Shown one piece after another: positions 53,112-63,496 of a stretch of 64,000 nucleotides of DNA (the first letter of the stretch is position 1; each line of letters begins with the position of its first letter). The notes under the pieces are model-generated. The model did not search any database. It worked only from the letters and a program-made list of their open reading frames with translations, and was not told the origin of the DNA. This stretch comes from an uncultured Collinsella sp. Lineage in GTDB: Bacteria > Actinomycetota > Coriobacteriia > Coriobacteriales > Coriobacteriaceae. The translations under genes and the position numbers were made by a program. The stretch covers positions 15,287 through 79,286 of the forward strand of contig UREZ01000001.1 in assembly GCA_900547025.1 (NCBI GenBank), given 5' to 3'.

Positions 53112-55136
53112 CTACATCAAGTTGCAAACAGCCGCCGCGAAGGCCACGGGGTCCTCGGGGAGGATGCCCTCGACCAGCAGGGCCTGGTCATAGAGCAGAC
53201 CGGAGTACTGCTTGATCTTGTCGGCGTCGCCTGCCTTCTGGGCAGCGACAAGCTTGTCAAAGACCGGGTGCTTGGCGTTGAGCTCGAGCACGCGTTGGCT
53301 CTTGGGCATGCCGTCGGGCGCGCCCTCGGGTCCTTTCTGGAGCACCTTCTCCATCTCGAGCGAAAGTGGGCCCTCGGTGGTGATGCAAGCGGGGGCATCG
53401 GTCAGGCGCGCGGAGACGGCAACTTTCTCGACCTTGTCACCGAGCGCCTCCTTCATTGCGCTAAAGAGATCCTCGTTCTCCTTGGTGGCGTCCTCGGCCT
53501 CCTTCTTCTCGTCCTCGGTCGCCAGATCAAGATCGCCAGTCGCAACGTTCTTGAGCTCCAGATGACGATCCTCGACCTCGGGCTCGGCACCGTCGGCCAC
53601 GGCCTTTTCGGCAGCCTCGCGGGCAGCATCGTCCTCGTAGATCTTGGGCATATCGGCGGCAACGTACTCACGCATAGCCTGGAACGTGAACTCATCCACA
53701 TCCTGCGTCAGCAGCAGCACGTCATAGCCGCGGTCGAGCACGCCCTTTACCACGGGCATCTTGGCCAAGCGCTCACGCGAATCGCCGGCGGCGTAGTAGA
53801 TGGCCTTCTGATCCTCGGGCATGCCCTTGGCATACTCGGCCAGGGTAATCATCTTCTGTTCCTTGGCAGACCAGAACAGCAGCAGGTCGGCAAGCTCATC
53901 GGCCTTCATGCCATAGCTCGAGTAGATGCCGTACTTAAGGCCGCGGCCAAAGTTCTCAAAGAACTTCTCGTAGGCCTCGCGGTCGTTGTCGCGCATATCC
54001 TCAAGATCGGCGGTAATCTTCTTTTCCACACGCTTGGCGATGGCCTTGAGCTGACGGTTCTGCTGCAGCGTCTCGCGCGAGATGTTGAGCGACACGTCGG
54101 CGGAATCCACGACGCCGCGGACAAAGTTGTAGTAGTCGGGCAGCAGGTCGTCGCACTTCTCCATAATCAGAACGTTGGAGCTGTAGAGCGCCAGACCCTT
54201 CTCGTAATCCTTGCTGTACAGATCGAACGGCGCGCGGCCCGGCACAAACAGCAGGGCGTCATACTCGAGCGTGCCCTCGGCATGGAAGCTGATGGTGCGC
54301 GCAGGATCGTCAAAGTCGTGGAACGTGGACTTGTAGAACTCGTCGTAGTCCTTCTGCTCGACATCGGAGCTGCGCTTCTTCCAGATCGGTGTCATGGAAT
54401 TGACGGTCTCAAGCTCCTGGTAGTCCTCGTACTCGGGCTTGTAATCGTCGCCGGCGTCCTCGGGCTTGGGTTTCTGGCGGCTTTTGGACACCATCATCTG
54501 AATCGGGTAGCGCACATAGTTGCTGTACTGCTGAATCAGGCTCTTGAGACCCCACTCGGTCAGGAAGCGATCGTAGGTCTCGGCCTCGCCGTCGGCATCG
54601 AGCTTCTCGTTCTCGCGCAGCGTCAGGATGACATCGGTACCGTGCTCGGCGCGCTCGCCGTCCTCGATGGTGTAGCCCTCAAGACCGTCGGATTCCCACA
54701 CATGGGCGACATCCTCGCCATAGGCGCGGCTCACGACCTTCACGTGGCTGGCGACCATAAAAGCCGAGTAGAAGCCCACGCCAAACTGGCCGATGATGTC
54801 GACATCCGAACCCTGCTGCTCAGCGTTCTCGGTCTTAAACTCCTCGGAGCCGGAATGGGCGATGGTGCCCAGATTGCGCTCGAGCTCCTCGGCGGTCATG
54901 CCAATGCCGTTATCCGAGATAGTAATGGTGCGGGCGTCTTTATCAAAGGAGACGCGAATAGCTAGGTCGCCCTGGTTGATCTTGACGCTCGGGTCCTGCA
55001 GGCTCTTAAAGTTGAGCTTGTCGACGGCGTCGCTCGCGTTAGAGATAAGCTCGCGCAGGAAGATTTCCTTATTGGTGTAGATGGAGTTGATCATGAGGTC
55101 GAGCAGTTTTTTGCTCTCGGTCTTAAATTGACGCAT
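53112..55136 (-). CDS. htpG: Molecular chaperone HtpG (Hsp90)
   Basis: IFLRELISNASDA, DNGIGM, IGQFGVGFYS, LNISRE. Confidence 0.97.
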   Translation of the reverse strand: MRQFKTESKKLLDLMINSIYTNKEIFLRELISNASDAVDKLNFKSLQDPSVKINQGDLAIRVSFDKDARTITISDNGIGMTAEELERNLGTIAHSGSEEFKTENAEQQGSDVDIIGQFGVGFYSAFMVASHVKVVSRAYGEDVAHVWESDGLEGYTIEDGERAEHGTDVILTLRENEKLDADGEAETYDRFLTEWGLKSLIQQYSNYVRYPIQMMVSKSRQKPKPEDAGDDYKPEYEDYQELETVNSMTPIWKKRSSDVEQKDYDEFYKSTFHDFDDPARTISFHAEGTLEYDALLFVPGRAPFDLYSKDYEKGLALYSSNVLIMEKCDDLLPDYYNFVRGVVDSADVSLNISRETLQQNRQLKAIAKRVEKKITADLEDMRDNDREAYEKFFENFGRGLKYGIYSSYGMKADELADLLLFWSAKEQKMITLAEYAKGMPEDQKAIYYAAGDSRERLAKMPVVKGVLDRGYDVLLLTQDVDEFTFQAMREYVAADMPKIYEDDAAREAAEKAVADGAEPEVEDRHLELKNVATGDLDLATEDEKKEAEDATKENEDLFSAMKEALGDKVEKVAVSARLTDAPACITTEGPLSLEMEKVLQKGPEGAPDGMPKSQRVLELNAKHPVFDKLVAAQKAGDADKIKQYSGLLYDQALLVEGILPEDPVAFAAAVCNLM

Positions 55137-55338
55137 ATGCAGTCCTTTCGCGCTACCCCCGTCCGCAAAAACGGCCCGGTTGCCCGAGCCGCATCGCAGA
55201 CCTGCTATGTTCAGACTTAGATTTTATAACCCATTAGCGCGCATATATACATACGGAATCGAAAAACTGTATGTCTAAGCGCTCCGATGCGCCAATTGCC
55301 AAGGAGTGTCCCCGACTGCCGGCAGAAAAGGAACGTCC

Positions 55339-55839
55339 CTATCTGCCATCTACGCGCTTGGCCATCCAGACATGGGGCTGGCCCTCGTCTTCGTAGTCTA
55401 CCGGGGCAATTTGCGTGTAGCCCGCCTTTATATAGAGCGGCAGCACGTATTCCTGCGCATGCAGCTTAATGAGCTTGGCGCCGGCATCACGCGCGCACGT
55501 ATCACTGGCCTCGACAATCTTGCTCGCCAGACCGAGACGGCGCATGCTCGGCAGCACAGCCACGCGCCCCATAATGTAGGTCTCCCCCGCCGCGACGCCT
55601 TCGTCCAAGTCGCACGCCGGCGACACCGGAGCCTCTGCGTCAGCCGCGCGCTCAAGCTCTTCGGGAAACACGCGCGAGCAACCGGCAAGCTCGCCGTCTA
55701 CATAGAGCGTCACATGAATGCAGTTCGGATCCTCGTCGATAGCGTCAAACTCGTTCTCGTAGCCCTGCTCGTCCATAAAAACGACGCGGCGCACCAACGC
55801 CGCGTCATCAAAGCATCCCGTCTTAAGTTGGATATCCAT
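55339..55839 (-). CDS. GNAT acetyltransferase (ElaA/YjcF-like)
   Basis: RRVVFMDEQG, GRVAVLPSMRRLG, LHAQ..LY..GY, EGQPHVWM. Confidence 0.88.
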   Translation of the reverse strand: MDIQLKTGCFDDAALVRRVVFMDEQGYENEFDAIDEDPNCIHVTLYVDGELAGCSRVFPEELERAADAEAPVSPACDLDEGVAAGETYIMGRVAVLPSMRRLGLASKIVEASDTCARDAGAKLIKLHAQEYVLPLYIKAGYTQIAPVDYEDEGQPHVWMAKRVDGR

Positions 55840-55878
55840 GGCTGCCCTTTCATTCAATGCGAACGTTAGGGACAGATT

Positions 55879-56529
55879 TTAGCGAAAATGAGCTCCGCGC
55901 ACGCTAAACTTCGCGCGAGCCTTCGCCAGGCAGTCGTAATGACCCACGTTATGGGCATCGCTCGCGATGAAGCTGTACAGGTTCTGATCGAACAGGCGCT
56001 GTGCCGGCTTTTTCTCGCGACCAAAGCGACCGCCGGCAATAAAGTCCGCCGAAGCCTGCAGCTTGCAGCCCATATCGACCAGGCGCTCCGCCACGCTTAC
56101 ATCCTTTTGAACCGCACGATAGCGCTCAGGATGAGCGATGATCACCTGGTAGCCACGGCACTGCAAATCGTAAATCGTGTTCTCGTACTCTCTAAACGCA
56201 TACGCATCGGCATGCGTCGAAAGCTCGAGCAGAAACTCGTTGGTTCCATCGAAATGCAAGTGCTCCGCAGCATCGATACCAAGCTCAACAAGCTTTCGAT
56301 GGTTGACCTCGAAGCCCATCTGGAGCGGAAAACCGTCAGCGTTATCACGCAGCAGCTCAAAGGCATCCCACATCTTGTCGTAATCAAAATAGGGATCACG
56401 GCAGTGAGGAGTGCAAACGATTCTGGTTACACCGGCCCGCTTGGCAGCCTCGAGCATCGCCAAGCTCTCATCGAGATCGGCGGCGCCGTCGTCTACACCC
56501 GGCAAGATATGGCAATGAATGTCACGCAT
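55879..56529 (-). CDS. PHP-family protein-tyrosine phosphatase (CpsB/CapC)
   Basis: DIHCHILPGVDDG, TPH, IIAHPERY, IASDAH. Confidence 0.92.
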   Translation of the reverse strand: MRDIHCHILPGVDDGAADLDESLAMLEAAKRAGVTRIVCTPHCRDPYFDYDKMWDAFELLRDNADGFPLQMGFEVNHRKLVELGIDAAEHLHFDGTNEFLLELSTHADAYAFREYENTIYDLQCRGYQVIIAHPERYRAVQKDVSVAERLVDMGCKLQASADFIAGGRFGREKKPAQRLFDQNLYSFIASDAHNVGHYDCLAKARAKFSVRGAHFR

Positions 56530-56546
56530 AGGTCAGCCTTAATCAA

Positions 56547-57284
56547 CTAAACGTTTGCTCGGTTGGTGAAGATGCCCTTTTTGGAAGTCCCCTGATCGTC
56601 GGAGCCCTTCTTCACCTTCTTACCGTCCTTGGTGTAGTAGGAGTAGTAGTACTCGCTGGTCTCGGTCTCGCAGTAGTTCATAACGGTACCGATGAGCTTG
56701 ACCTTCTCGGACTTCTTAAGCTGACCGATGGCGTTGAGCGCCTCCTCGCGCTTGGTGAAATCCTCACGCACGACAAAAAGCGCACCGTCGGTCAGACTTG
56801 CGATCTCGGCAGCATCGATGAAAGTGCCGACCGGGGGAGCATCAAAGATGACGTACTGGAACTTGGCGGACAGTGCCTTTACCAGCTTGGCAAAGCGGTG
56901 AGAGACGATGATGTCGGCAGGATTGGGAATATGCGGCTCGGCATCGAGGAAGTAGAAGTTCTTCTGACCCGTCTCGACAATCGCCTGGTCAATAGAAACC
57001 TGCTCGGAAAGGACTGCATAGAGTCCGCCGCGGGAGCGGACGCCGAGCATATCGGCAAGGGATCTGCGACGCATATCAGCCTCGACCAGCAGGACGCTCT
57101 TGCCGCTCGTGGCGATTGCCTGAGCAAGGTTAATGGAAACCGTAGACTTGCCCTCGTTGGGAATCGAGGAGGTAACGGTGATGGTGCGGATGGGGTCGTC
57201 CACGCTCGCAAAGCGGATGTTGGCCAGAAGGGTCTTGGCGGCATTCTGTACAACGAGCTTGTCGGTGTTCTTTGCCTTAGCCAT
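56547..57284 (-). CDS. BY-kinase cytoplasmic domain (CpsD/CapB)
   Basis: TSSIPNEGKST, EADMRR, IFDAPP, C-terminal Tyr cluster EYYYSYY. Confidence 0.92.
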   Translation of the reverse strand: MAKAKNTDKLVVQNAAKTLLANIRFASVDDPIRTITVTSSIPNEGKSTVSINLAQAIATSGKSVLLVEADMRRRSLADMLGVRSRGGLYAVLSEQVSIDQAIVETGQKNFYFLDAEPHIPNPADIIVSHRFAKLVKALSAKFQYVIFDAPPVGTFIDAAEIASLTDGALFVVREDFTKREEALNAIGQLKKSEKVKLIGTVMNYCETETSEYYYSYYTKDGKKVKKGSDDQGTSKKGIFTNRANV

Positions 57285-57286
57285 GC

Positions 57287-57943
57287 CTATTTACCACCTT
57301 TCATAGCCGGAATTCGGCCAACAACGGGAATGCCCAGGAGCTCTTCTGCCTCTTCGGCACCGCGGATGCGGGTGTTGAGCATGTCTGCCAAAACGACATA
57401 GGCAACTGCGATAAAGATGCCCGCGAGGAACGCGACAGCAACGTACAGCATACGCTTGGGGCCGCTGGGGGCTTCGGGGGTCTTAGCCTCGTCGATAACG
57501 TTGATGCTCTGGGCAGCGCCGACGTTCTGAGCGACCGTACTCACCGAGCTAGCTATGGCCTTTGCGACCTTAGCCGTCTCCTTGGCATCGGTGCCGGTAA
57601 CCGAAAGCGTAATGACACGCGTGGTGGTCTCGGAGGAAACAGACACCTTGTAGTCATCCAGATCGGTGAGGCCCAGTTCCTTGGCGGCGCCGCTCTTAAC
57701 GCTATCGCTATCCAGCAGCGTGGCGATATCGTTGGAAAGCATCTGACTCGCCGAGAGATCGTTGTAGCTCATCTGACCGCTATCGTCGGTCTTGGCGAGA
57801 ATGTACATGCTCGTCGTCGCGGTATAGGTGTTGTCCATCGCAACGAAGGACACGATGCCCATGGCGATCGCGCAGACCACCGGAAGGGTGATGACCAGCT
57901 GAAGGTGCTTCTTCAGCAGCTGGAACAGTTCGAGAAGGGTCAT
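57287..57943 (-). CDS. Polysaccharide co-polymerase / kinase modulator (CpsC/CapA/YveK)
   Basis: two TM segments; YTATTSMY, VIDEAKTP..PSGP, LGIPVVGRIP. Confidence 0.9.
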   Translation of the reverse strand: MTLLELFQLLKKHLQLVITLPVVCAIAMGIVSFVAMDNTYTATTSMYILAKTDDSGQMSYNDLSASQMLSNDIATLLDSDSVKSGAAKELGLTDLDDYKVSVSSETTTRVITLSVTGTDAKETAKVAKAIASSVSTVAQNVGAAQSINVIDEAKTPEAPSGPKRMLYVAVAFLAGIFIAVAYVVLADMLNTRIRGAEEAEELLGIPVVGRIPAMKGGK

Positions 57944-58138
57944 GCAGCTTGCCTTTCATTTCCCCAGTTCGGATTGACAAAACTGTCCGTATGTTATCGC
58001 ATCTTTTTACCGAGACCAAACTCTATACATAAGAAACAGGCTCTCCTGTAAAAATGTCGGAAGCAATCGTAAAATTGCACAACAACGCCGCACCCGAAAG
58101 TCAAATGCGGCGTCTACATCAATATCTATGTTGTATCG

Positions 58139-59563
58139 CTATGCGAATGGCTCGTCCTGCTGTATGGGAAACGTCACCGTAATGGTGGTTCCCACGCCCA
58201 ACTCGCTCGACAGATCGAGCGTGGCGTGATGATACAGGGCCGCATGCTTGACAATGGCAAGCCCCAGACCGGTTCCGCCGCGTGCCTTGGACCTACTCTT
58301 GTCCACGCGATAGAACCGCTCAAATACCTTGCCCTGTTCTTCAGGCGCGATACCGATTCCCGTGTCGGCGACCGCAAGGAACGGATGGCCTTCGTCGTTG
58401 GTGCCGCACTGCAGCGTAACCGTACCGCCGGGTCGATTGTAGCGGATGGCGTTGCTTGCCAGATTATAGATGAGCTCGTCAATCAAGCGCGACACGCCCT
58501 CGATGACCACAGGCTTGGTCTCATGACTTATCGTCACATTCGCCTGACGGGCGACCTGTTCAAGACGCTGCTCGACCGCGTAGATGGCACGCGAGAGCTC
58601 AATAGGCTCCGTGGACCCAATGGGCACCGCCTCGCCCTCAGCTGCACGCTCGGCCTCGTCCAAGTTAGACAGCGTAAGGATATCGTTGACAAGCGCTGCC
58701 AAGCGGCCCGCCTCACGATAGATGCGACCGCCAAAGTTGCGCAGGTCGCCCTCGCCCTCGACCATGCCGTTTGCGATGAGCTCGGCATAGCCCGAAATCG
58801 CCGTAAGCGGCGTCTTGAGCTCATGGGTGATATTCGCCGTGAACTCGCGGCGCATACGGTCGTTGTCCGCTAGCACCGCCATTTGGCGCTTGAGTTCCTG
58901 GCGCTGCGACTCGATACGCTCAAGCATGGGGACCATCTCGGCATAGGCGTGCTCATAGCTACGGCGTGGGTGGTCCAAATCCACCTCTTGCAACGGCGCG
59001 ATGATGGCACGGGACTCGCGGCGCGCCATAAAAAACGAGAGTACCGCACCCGCTGCTGCGATAAGCAGCATCGGCGCCACCATCGACAGCAAAATCGCCG
59101 CAACGCCAGGCTGGGCCTGCGCCAAGCGGACAACCTGGCCGTTATCAAGGGCGACGGCGCGATACAGCATAATCTCGTCGAGCGTAGAGCTTGCGCGCTC
59201 CGCGGAACCCAAACCACTCTCAAAGGCCTCGATGACCTCGGGGCGATCGCCATGGTTGGGCAGTGTGGAAGGCGACGCCTCGTTGTCGTAGGCAACCGAT
59301 CCATCCTTGTTAATCAGCGTGATGCGCAAGTCCTCGCGATCGAGACTACGCAAGAACGGGATGGGCTCCTGCTGTTCGTCGAGAGCGGCAGCAATGAGCT
59401 CGGTTTCCTGCGCCAGATTGGCACTCGTGGCATCCGCCAAGGTGTTTTGCACAAAGAACGCACCCAGCACCGTAAACGCCACGATAACCGCCATGGCGCA
59501 GACAAAGATCGTCACAAAAACGCGGTGCGACAGCGTATGTTTTCCCTGGGGGGCGAAGACCAC
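58139..59563 (-). CDS. PhoR-like sensor histidine kinase
   Basis: RREFTANITHELKTPLT, FERFYRVDKSRSK..GGTGLGL; NH..RPEV extracytoplasmic motif; downstream of pstB and its regulator. Confidence 0.9.
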   Translation of the reverse strand: MVFAPQGKHTLSHRVFVTIFVCAMAVIVAFTVLGAFFVQNTLADATSANLAQETELIAAALDEQQEPIPFLRSLDREDLRITLINKDGSVAYDNEASPSTLPNHGDRPEVIEAFESGLGSAERASSTLDEIMLYRAVALDNGQVVRLAQAQPGVAAILLSMVAPMLLIAAAGAVLSFFMARRESRAIIAPLQEVDLDHPRRSYEHAYAEMVPMLERIESQRQELKRQMAVLADNDRMRREFTANITHELKTPLTAISGYAELIANGMVEGEGDLRNFGGRIYREAGRLAALVNDILTLSNLDEAERAAEGEAVPIGSTEPIELSRAIYAVEQRLEQVARQANVTISHETKPVVIEGVSRLIDELIYNLASNAIRYNRPGGTVTLQCGTNDEGHPFLAVADTGIGIAPEEQGKVFERFYRVDKSRSKARGGTGLGLAIVKHAALYHHATLDLSSELGVGTTITVTFPIQQDEPFA

Positions 59564-59566
59564 GGG

Positions 59567-60295
59567 TTACTCCTCCGATGCGGTGGCCGCGGTGTCGTCG
59601 CCTTTGGCACCATCGCCGGCAGAAGGCTCGGCCAAGCGGTAGCCCACGCCGCGCACGGTCTCGATGGCGCTGGCATGCTCGCCCAGTTTTTGGCGAAGCG
59701 TCTGCACGTGCACGTCAACGGTGCGCGAACCGCCGTCGAAGTCCCAGCCCCACACGCTCTGCAGCAACGACTCGCGGGTAAAAACCACGCCGGGCTTGCG
59801 CATGAGGTACTCGAGCAGGTCGAACTCGCGCAGGGTGAGCTTAAGCGGCTCGCCGGCAACGGTCACCTCGCGATGGCTGGGCGAGAGCACGATGTCGCCC
59901 ACGCTGAGCACATCGCTCGCCTGCTTGACCATGCCGCCGCGACGCAGCAGTGCGCGGCAGCGGCTCGCAAGCTCCATGAGCGAAAACGGCTTAGTCAGGT
60001 AATCGTCGGCACCGCCATCGAGCGCCATCACCTTGTCGAGCTCGGTATCCTTGGCGGTAAGCATCATGATGGGCACCGTCGCCGTCAGGCGATCGGCACG
60101 CAGTCGACGCATAATCGCCAAGCCATCGGTATCGGGCAGCATGATGTCGAGCAGGACGGCATCGGGTACCCGTCGCGCCACGGCAGCCTTAAACTCACCG
60201 TCGCACGAAAAGCCTTCGGCCTCAATCCCCTGCTTGCGCAGCGCATAGACCGTCAAATCCCTGATGTTGTCATCGTCCTCGACGTAATAGATCAT
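59567..60295 (-). CDS. PhoP/PhoB-like OmpR response regulator
   Basis: VEDD, LLDIMLP, GADDYLTKPF, RTVDVHV..LRQKL, TVRGVGY. Confidence 0.92.
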   Translation of the reverse strand: MIYYVEDDDNIRDLTVYALRKQGIEAEGFSCDGEFKAAVARRVPDAVLLDIMLPDTDGLAIMRRLRADRLTATVPIMMLTAKDTELDKVMALDGGADDYLTKPFSLMELASRCRALLRRGGMVKQASDVLSVGDIVLSPSHREVTVAGEPLKLTLREFDLLEYLMRKPGVVFTRESLLQSVWGWDFDGGSRTVDVHVQTLRQKLGEHASAIETVRGVGYRLAEPSAGDGAKGDDTAATASEE

Positions 60296-60359
60296 GTTGA
60301 ACCCCTTTGCGGCCGGCATGACCGCATCTTAACCCTAAAGGTACCTTTACTAGATGGTA

Positions 60360-61235
60360 TCAGCCAAAACGCCCCGTCAAATAATCCGCCGTGCGCGGAT
60401 CGGTCGGATTCTTGAAGAGTTGCGCGGTGGGCGCGTGCTCCACCAGCTCACCCAGCAAAAAGAATGCGACCGAATCGGAGATACGCGCCGCCTGCTGCAT
60501 ATTGTGCGTAACGACCACGAGCGTGCAGGTCTCTTTGAGCTCACAGGCCAGCTGCTCCACCACGAGCGTCGACACAGGGTCGAGTGCCGAGGTCGGCTCG
60601 TCCATCAGCAGAATGTCGGGCTGCACGGCCAGCGCGCGGGCGATGCACAGACGCTGCTGCTGGCCGCCCGAAAGACCCAGACCCGACTCTTTGAGCTTGT
60701 CCTTGACCTCATCCCATAGCGCAGCGCGACGAAGGGAGTCCTCGACCAGCTCGTCGAGCACGACGCGGTCGCGCACACCCATACCGCGCGGCCCATAGGC
60801 GACGTTGTCGTAGATGCTCATGGGAAACGGGTTGGGGCGCTGGAACACCATGCCCACGCGCTGGCGCAAACGGCAGATGTCGTAATCGCCCAGGATATCT
60901 TGACCATCGAGCGCAATCTTGCCCTCGATACGGCAATCCTTGATGCCGTCGTTCATGCGGTTAAAGCAGCGCAGCAACGTAGACTTTCCGCAGCCCGAAG
61001 GCCCGATGAACGAGGTGATCTGCTTGTCGCGGATCTTGATATTCACGTCCTTGAGCGCATGATGGTCGCCATAGAACAGGTCGAGGCCCTCGACATCGAT
61101 GCGCGTCGGCGAGGCGGCAAGATCCTCTGCCGTGGGGCGAGTCGCATCCCCAACCTCGCGCTCGCGCGCGGCCTCGGCCTGCGCTTTCATGAGTTCTTCA
61201 AGCTCCGTGGGCTCCACAGCCGCAGCAGCCGTCAT
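60360..61235 (-). CDS. pstB: Phosphate ABC transporter ATP-binding protein
   Basis: [58 protein letters not shown]. Confidence 0.95.
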   Translation of the reverse strand: MTAAAAVEPTELEELMKAQAEAAREREVGDATRPTAEDLAASPTRIDVEGLDLFYGDHHALKDVNIKIRDKQITSFIGPSGCGKSTLLRCFNRMNDGIKDCRIEGKIALDGQDILGDYDICRLRQRVGMVFQRPNPFPMSIYDNVAYGPRGMGVRDRVVLDELVEDSLRRAALWDEVKDKLKESGLGLSGGQQQRLCIARALAVQPDILLMDEPTSALDPVSTLVVEQLACELKETCTLVVVTHNMQQAARISDSVAFFLLGELVEHAPTAQLFKNPTDPRTADYLTGRFG

Positions 61236-61300
61236 ACCGCATACCTCCACATCGATATCAATTCAGCAGTATCGATAGTAGGAATCGCGGCTCATATGCA

Positions 61301-61328
61301 CGTGAGCGCATTGTCAAGTGTTTGTAAG
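61301..61328 (-). promoter_or_regulatory. Putative Pho box (three hexamers at 11-bp spacing)
   Basis: minus strand cttaca-N5-ttgaca-N5-ctcacg upstream of pstB. Confidence 0.55.
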
Positions 61329-61338
61329 GGCACACTGG

Positions 61339-62577
61339 CTATGCGGCGGGCAGCTCGATGGTGAATATCGTGTGTTCGGGCGTCGATTCACATGCAACGG
61401 TACCGCCGTGCGCGCATACGATCTCCTTGGCGATGGCAAGCCCCAGTCCAGCGCCGCCGCGATTGGTCGCACGCGCCGCATCCAGGCGATAGAACTTCTC
61501 AAAGATCACCTTGAGCTTTGCCTCAGGGATGGGATCGCCCTGATTGATAAAGCGCACGCGCACGCCACCGCCGTCCCGGCGTCTGGCCTCGATCGTGATG
61601 GTCGAGCCCTCATAGCTATAGGCAATAGCGTTTTTCATGATGTTGTTGAACACGCGAGCCATTTTGTCGCCATCCACGAGCACCGTCAGGTCCTCGCGAA
61701 TATCAACTTGGACTTCCTTATGCTGCTCGTTGAGGATGGGATAGAACTCGTCAGCCACCTGAGCCAGCAGCAACCCCAGATCAACATAGCCGCGCGTGAG
61801 CACGATATCGTGGAAGTCAAAGCGCGTGATATCGAAGAACTCTTCGATGAGCGTATCGAGCCGGTGCGCCTTGTCGAGCGCCACGCCCGTAAAGTGCGCA
61901 CGTTGCTCAACCGGCAGCTCGGGAGCCTCTTGCAGCAGCGAAAGATAGCCCACCACACTGGCAAGCGGGGTGCGTAGGTCATGTGCCAAGTACGTGACCA
62001 AATCGTCCTTGCGATGCGACTCGTCACGCAGAGCTTGCTGCACCTTGCGCTCACGGTCACGTACGCGGTTAAGGGCGCCCTCGACCTCCAAGAAGTCGCC
62101 GTCGATGTTATCCCAGGTGTCAGGGTGATCGATCAGGCGATCTTGAATACGAGCGGCCAGCACACAATCGGCATGCTGCTCGCCCTGCTCGTAGCCCTGG
62201 TAGTACAGGGCGCGGCCACACAAGAACAGCACGCACGCGGCAAGCGCCAGCACAAAGCCAAGCATGTTGAATACAAAGCCGGCATCGAACAGCACCGGCC
62301 CTTCGATGCCGCCGAGCGCCATGGCGCCAATCGCCAACGTCATGGCCCACGCGGCGCCGCCAATCACCACGCAGCGGCACACGATCTCAAATCGATCGAT
62401 CAGCAAAAAGCCGACAAGCAGCACCGCCAAGATTCCGACGATGTTGTCGATGCCAATCAGCAGCAGGCTCAGCAAAAAGAGCAGCACCGTTGCAAGCGCG
62501 CGGTTGTCGACGACCGACCTCACGTATTCAAAGAGCCGATCGGGCACCTCGAACGCTTGCCTATCGTCTTTTGTCAT
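61339..62577 (-). CDS. VanS-like sensor histidine kinase
   Basis: DLVTYLAHDLRTPL..VVGYLSLL, LIEEFFDITRF, FEKFYRLD..R.TN.GGAGLGL. Confidence 0.88.
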   Translation of the reverse strand: MTKDDRQAFEVPDRLFEYVRSVVDNRALATVLLFLLSLLLIGIDNIVGILAVLLVGFLLIDRFEIVCRCVVIGGAAWAMTLAIGAMALGGIEGPVLFDAGFVFNMLGFVLALAACVLFLCGRALYYQGYEQGEQHADCVLAARIQDRLIDHPDTWDNIDGDFLEVEGALNRVRDRERKVQQALRDESHRKDDLVTYLAHDLRTPLASVVGYLSLLQEAPELPVEQRAHFTGVALDKAHRLDTLIEEFFDITRFDFHDIVLTRGYVDLGLLLAQVADEFYPILNEQHKEVQVDIREDLTVLVDGDKMARVFNNIMKNAIAYSYEGSTITIEARRRDGGGVRVRFINQGDPIPEAKLKVIFEKFYRLDAARATNRGGAGLGLAIAKEIVCAHGGTVACESTPEHTIFTIELPAA

Positions 62578-62603
62578 ATCAAGATCCTCACAAGCGAAAA
62601 GCG

Positions 62604-63299
62604 TTATTCGATGATGTAGCCGACGCCCCAGACGTTTTTGATAAAGCGTGGCTTTTGTGCGTCGTCGCCGATCTTTTCGCGCAAGTGGCGAATGTGCACC
62701 ATCACCGTATTGTTGGAGCCAGGCATAAAGTCCTCGTTCCACACCGCGCGGAACAGGTCCTCCATGGCCACCACGCTGCCGCGATGCTCGACCAGATACA
62801 GCAAGATTGAATACTCGGTGGGTGTGAGGCGTACCGGCGCACCGTCCACCGTCACGGAACGAGCGTCGCGGTTGATCTCCAAGCCGTCGAGCTGAATGGT
62901 CGGCGACTCGGCCGCCTGTGCACGGCTACCGTAGCTGGTGTAGCGGCGAAGCTGAGCGTGCACGCGCGCGATGAGCTCCAGCGGACGGAACGGCTTAACC
63001 ACGTAATCGTCCGCGCCAAGCGAAAGGCCCCCGATCTTGTCTTGCTGGGCATCGCGCGCCGTCAGCATGATCACGGGATAGGTATGGCTGGAACGGATCG
63101 TACGCAGCAGCTCAAACCCATCGATATCGGGCAGCATGACATCCAGCAGCGCCAGATCGAACTCCTGCTCCAAGATTGCCTTGGCAGCATCGGCCCCGCT
63201 ATAGGCAATCTGGACATCAAAGCCCTCTTTTGTAAGGTAGATACCAACCAAGTCGGCGATGGCCTTTTCGTCATCAACTACCAAAATGTGCTCGTTCAT
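62604..63299 (-). CDS. VanR-like OmpR response regulator
   Basis: ILVVDDEKAIADLV, KPFRPLELIARVHAQLRRY, NNTVMVHIRHLREK, VWGVGY. Confidence 0.9.
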   Translation of the reverse strand: MNEHILVVDDEKAIADLVGIYLTKEGFDVQIAYSGADAAKAILEQEFDLALLDVMLPDIDGFELLRTIRSSHTYPVIMLTARDAQQDKIGGLSLGADDYVVKPFRPLELIARVHAQLRRYTSYGSRAQAAESPTIQLDGLEINRDARSVTVDGAPVRLTPTEYSILLYLVEHRGSVVAMEDLFRAVWNEDFMPGSNNTVMVHIRHLREKIGDDAQKPRFIKNVWGVGYIIE

Positions 63300-63496
63300 G
63301 CGTGCTCCTCTCGCGCTCCATTATGCCCGAGGCGACGCACGCCACACACAACAAGCGTGGGTGATTAAGTCGACCTTAAGCACCCTTGTGCCCGTTCGGG
63401 CGCGGATGTGGGGCACACACGCACGCGATGATCGCCGACGCCGGCAAACGATATACTCTAGTTCCAGAAGAGACCATCCCGTCGAAAGCGAAATCT

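Noticed and set aside
55137..55300. CIRCE or HAIR operator upstream of htpG
   Set aside because: No match to TTAGCACTC-N9-GAGTGCTAA or CTTGAGT-N7-ACTCAAG.
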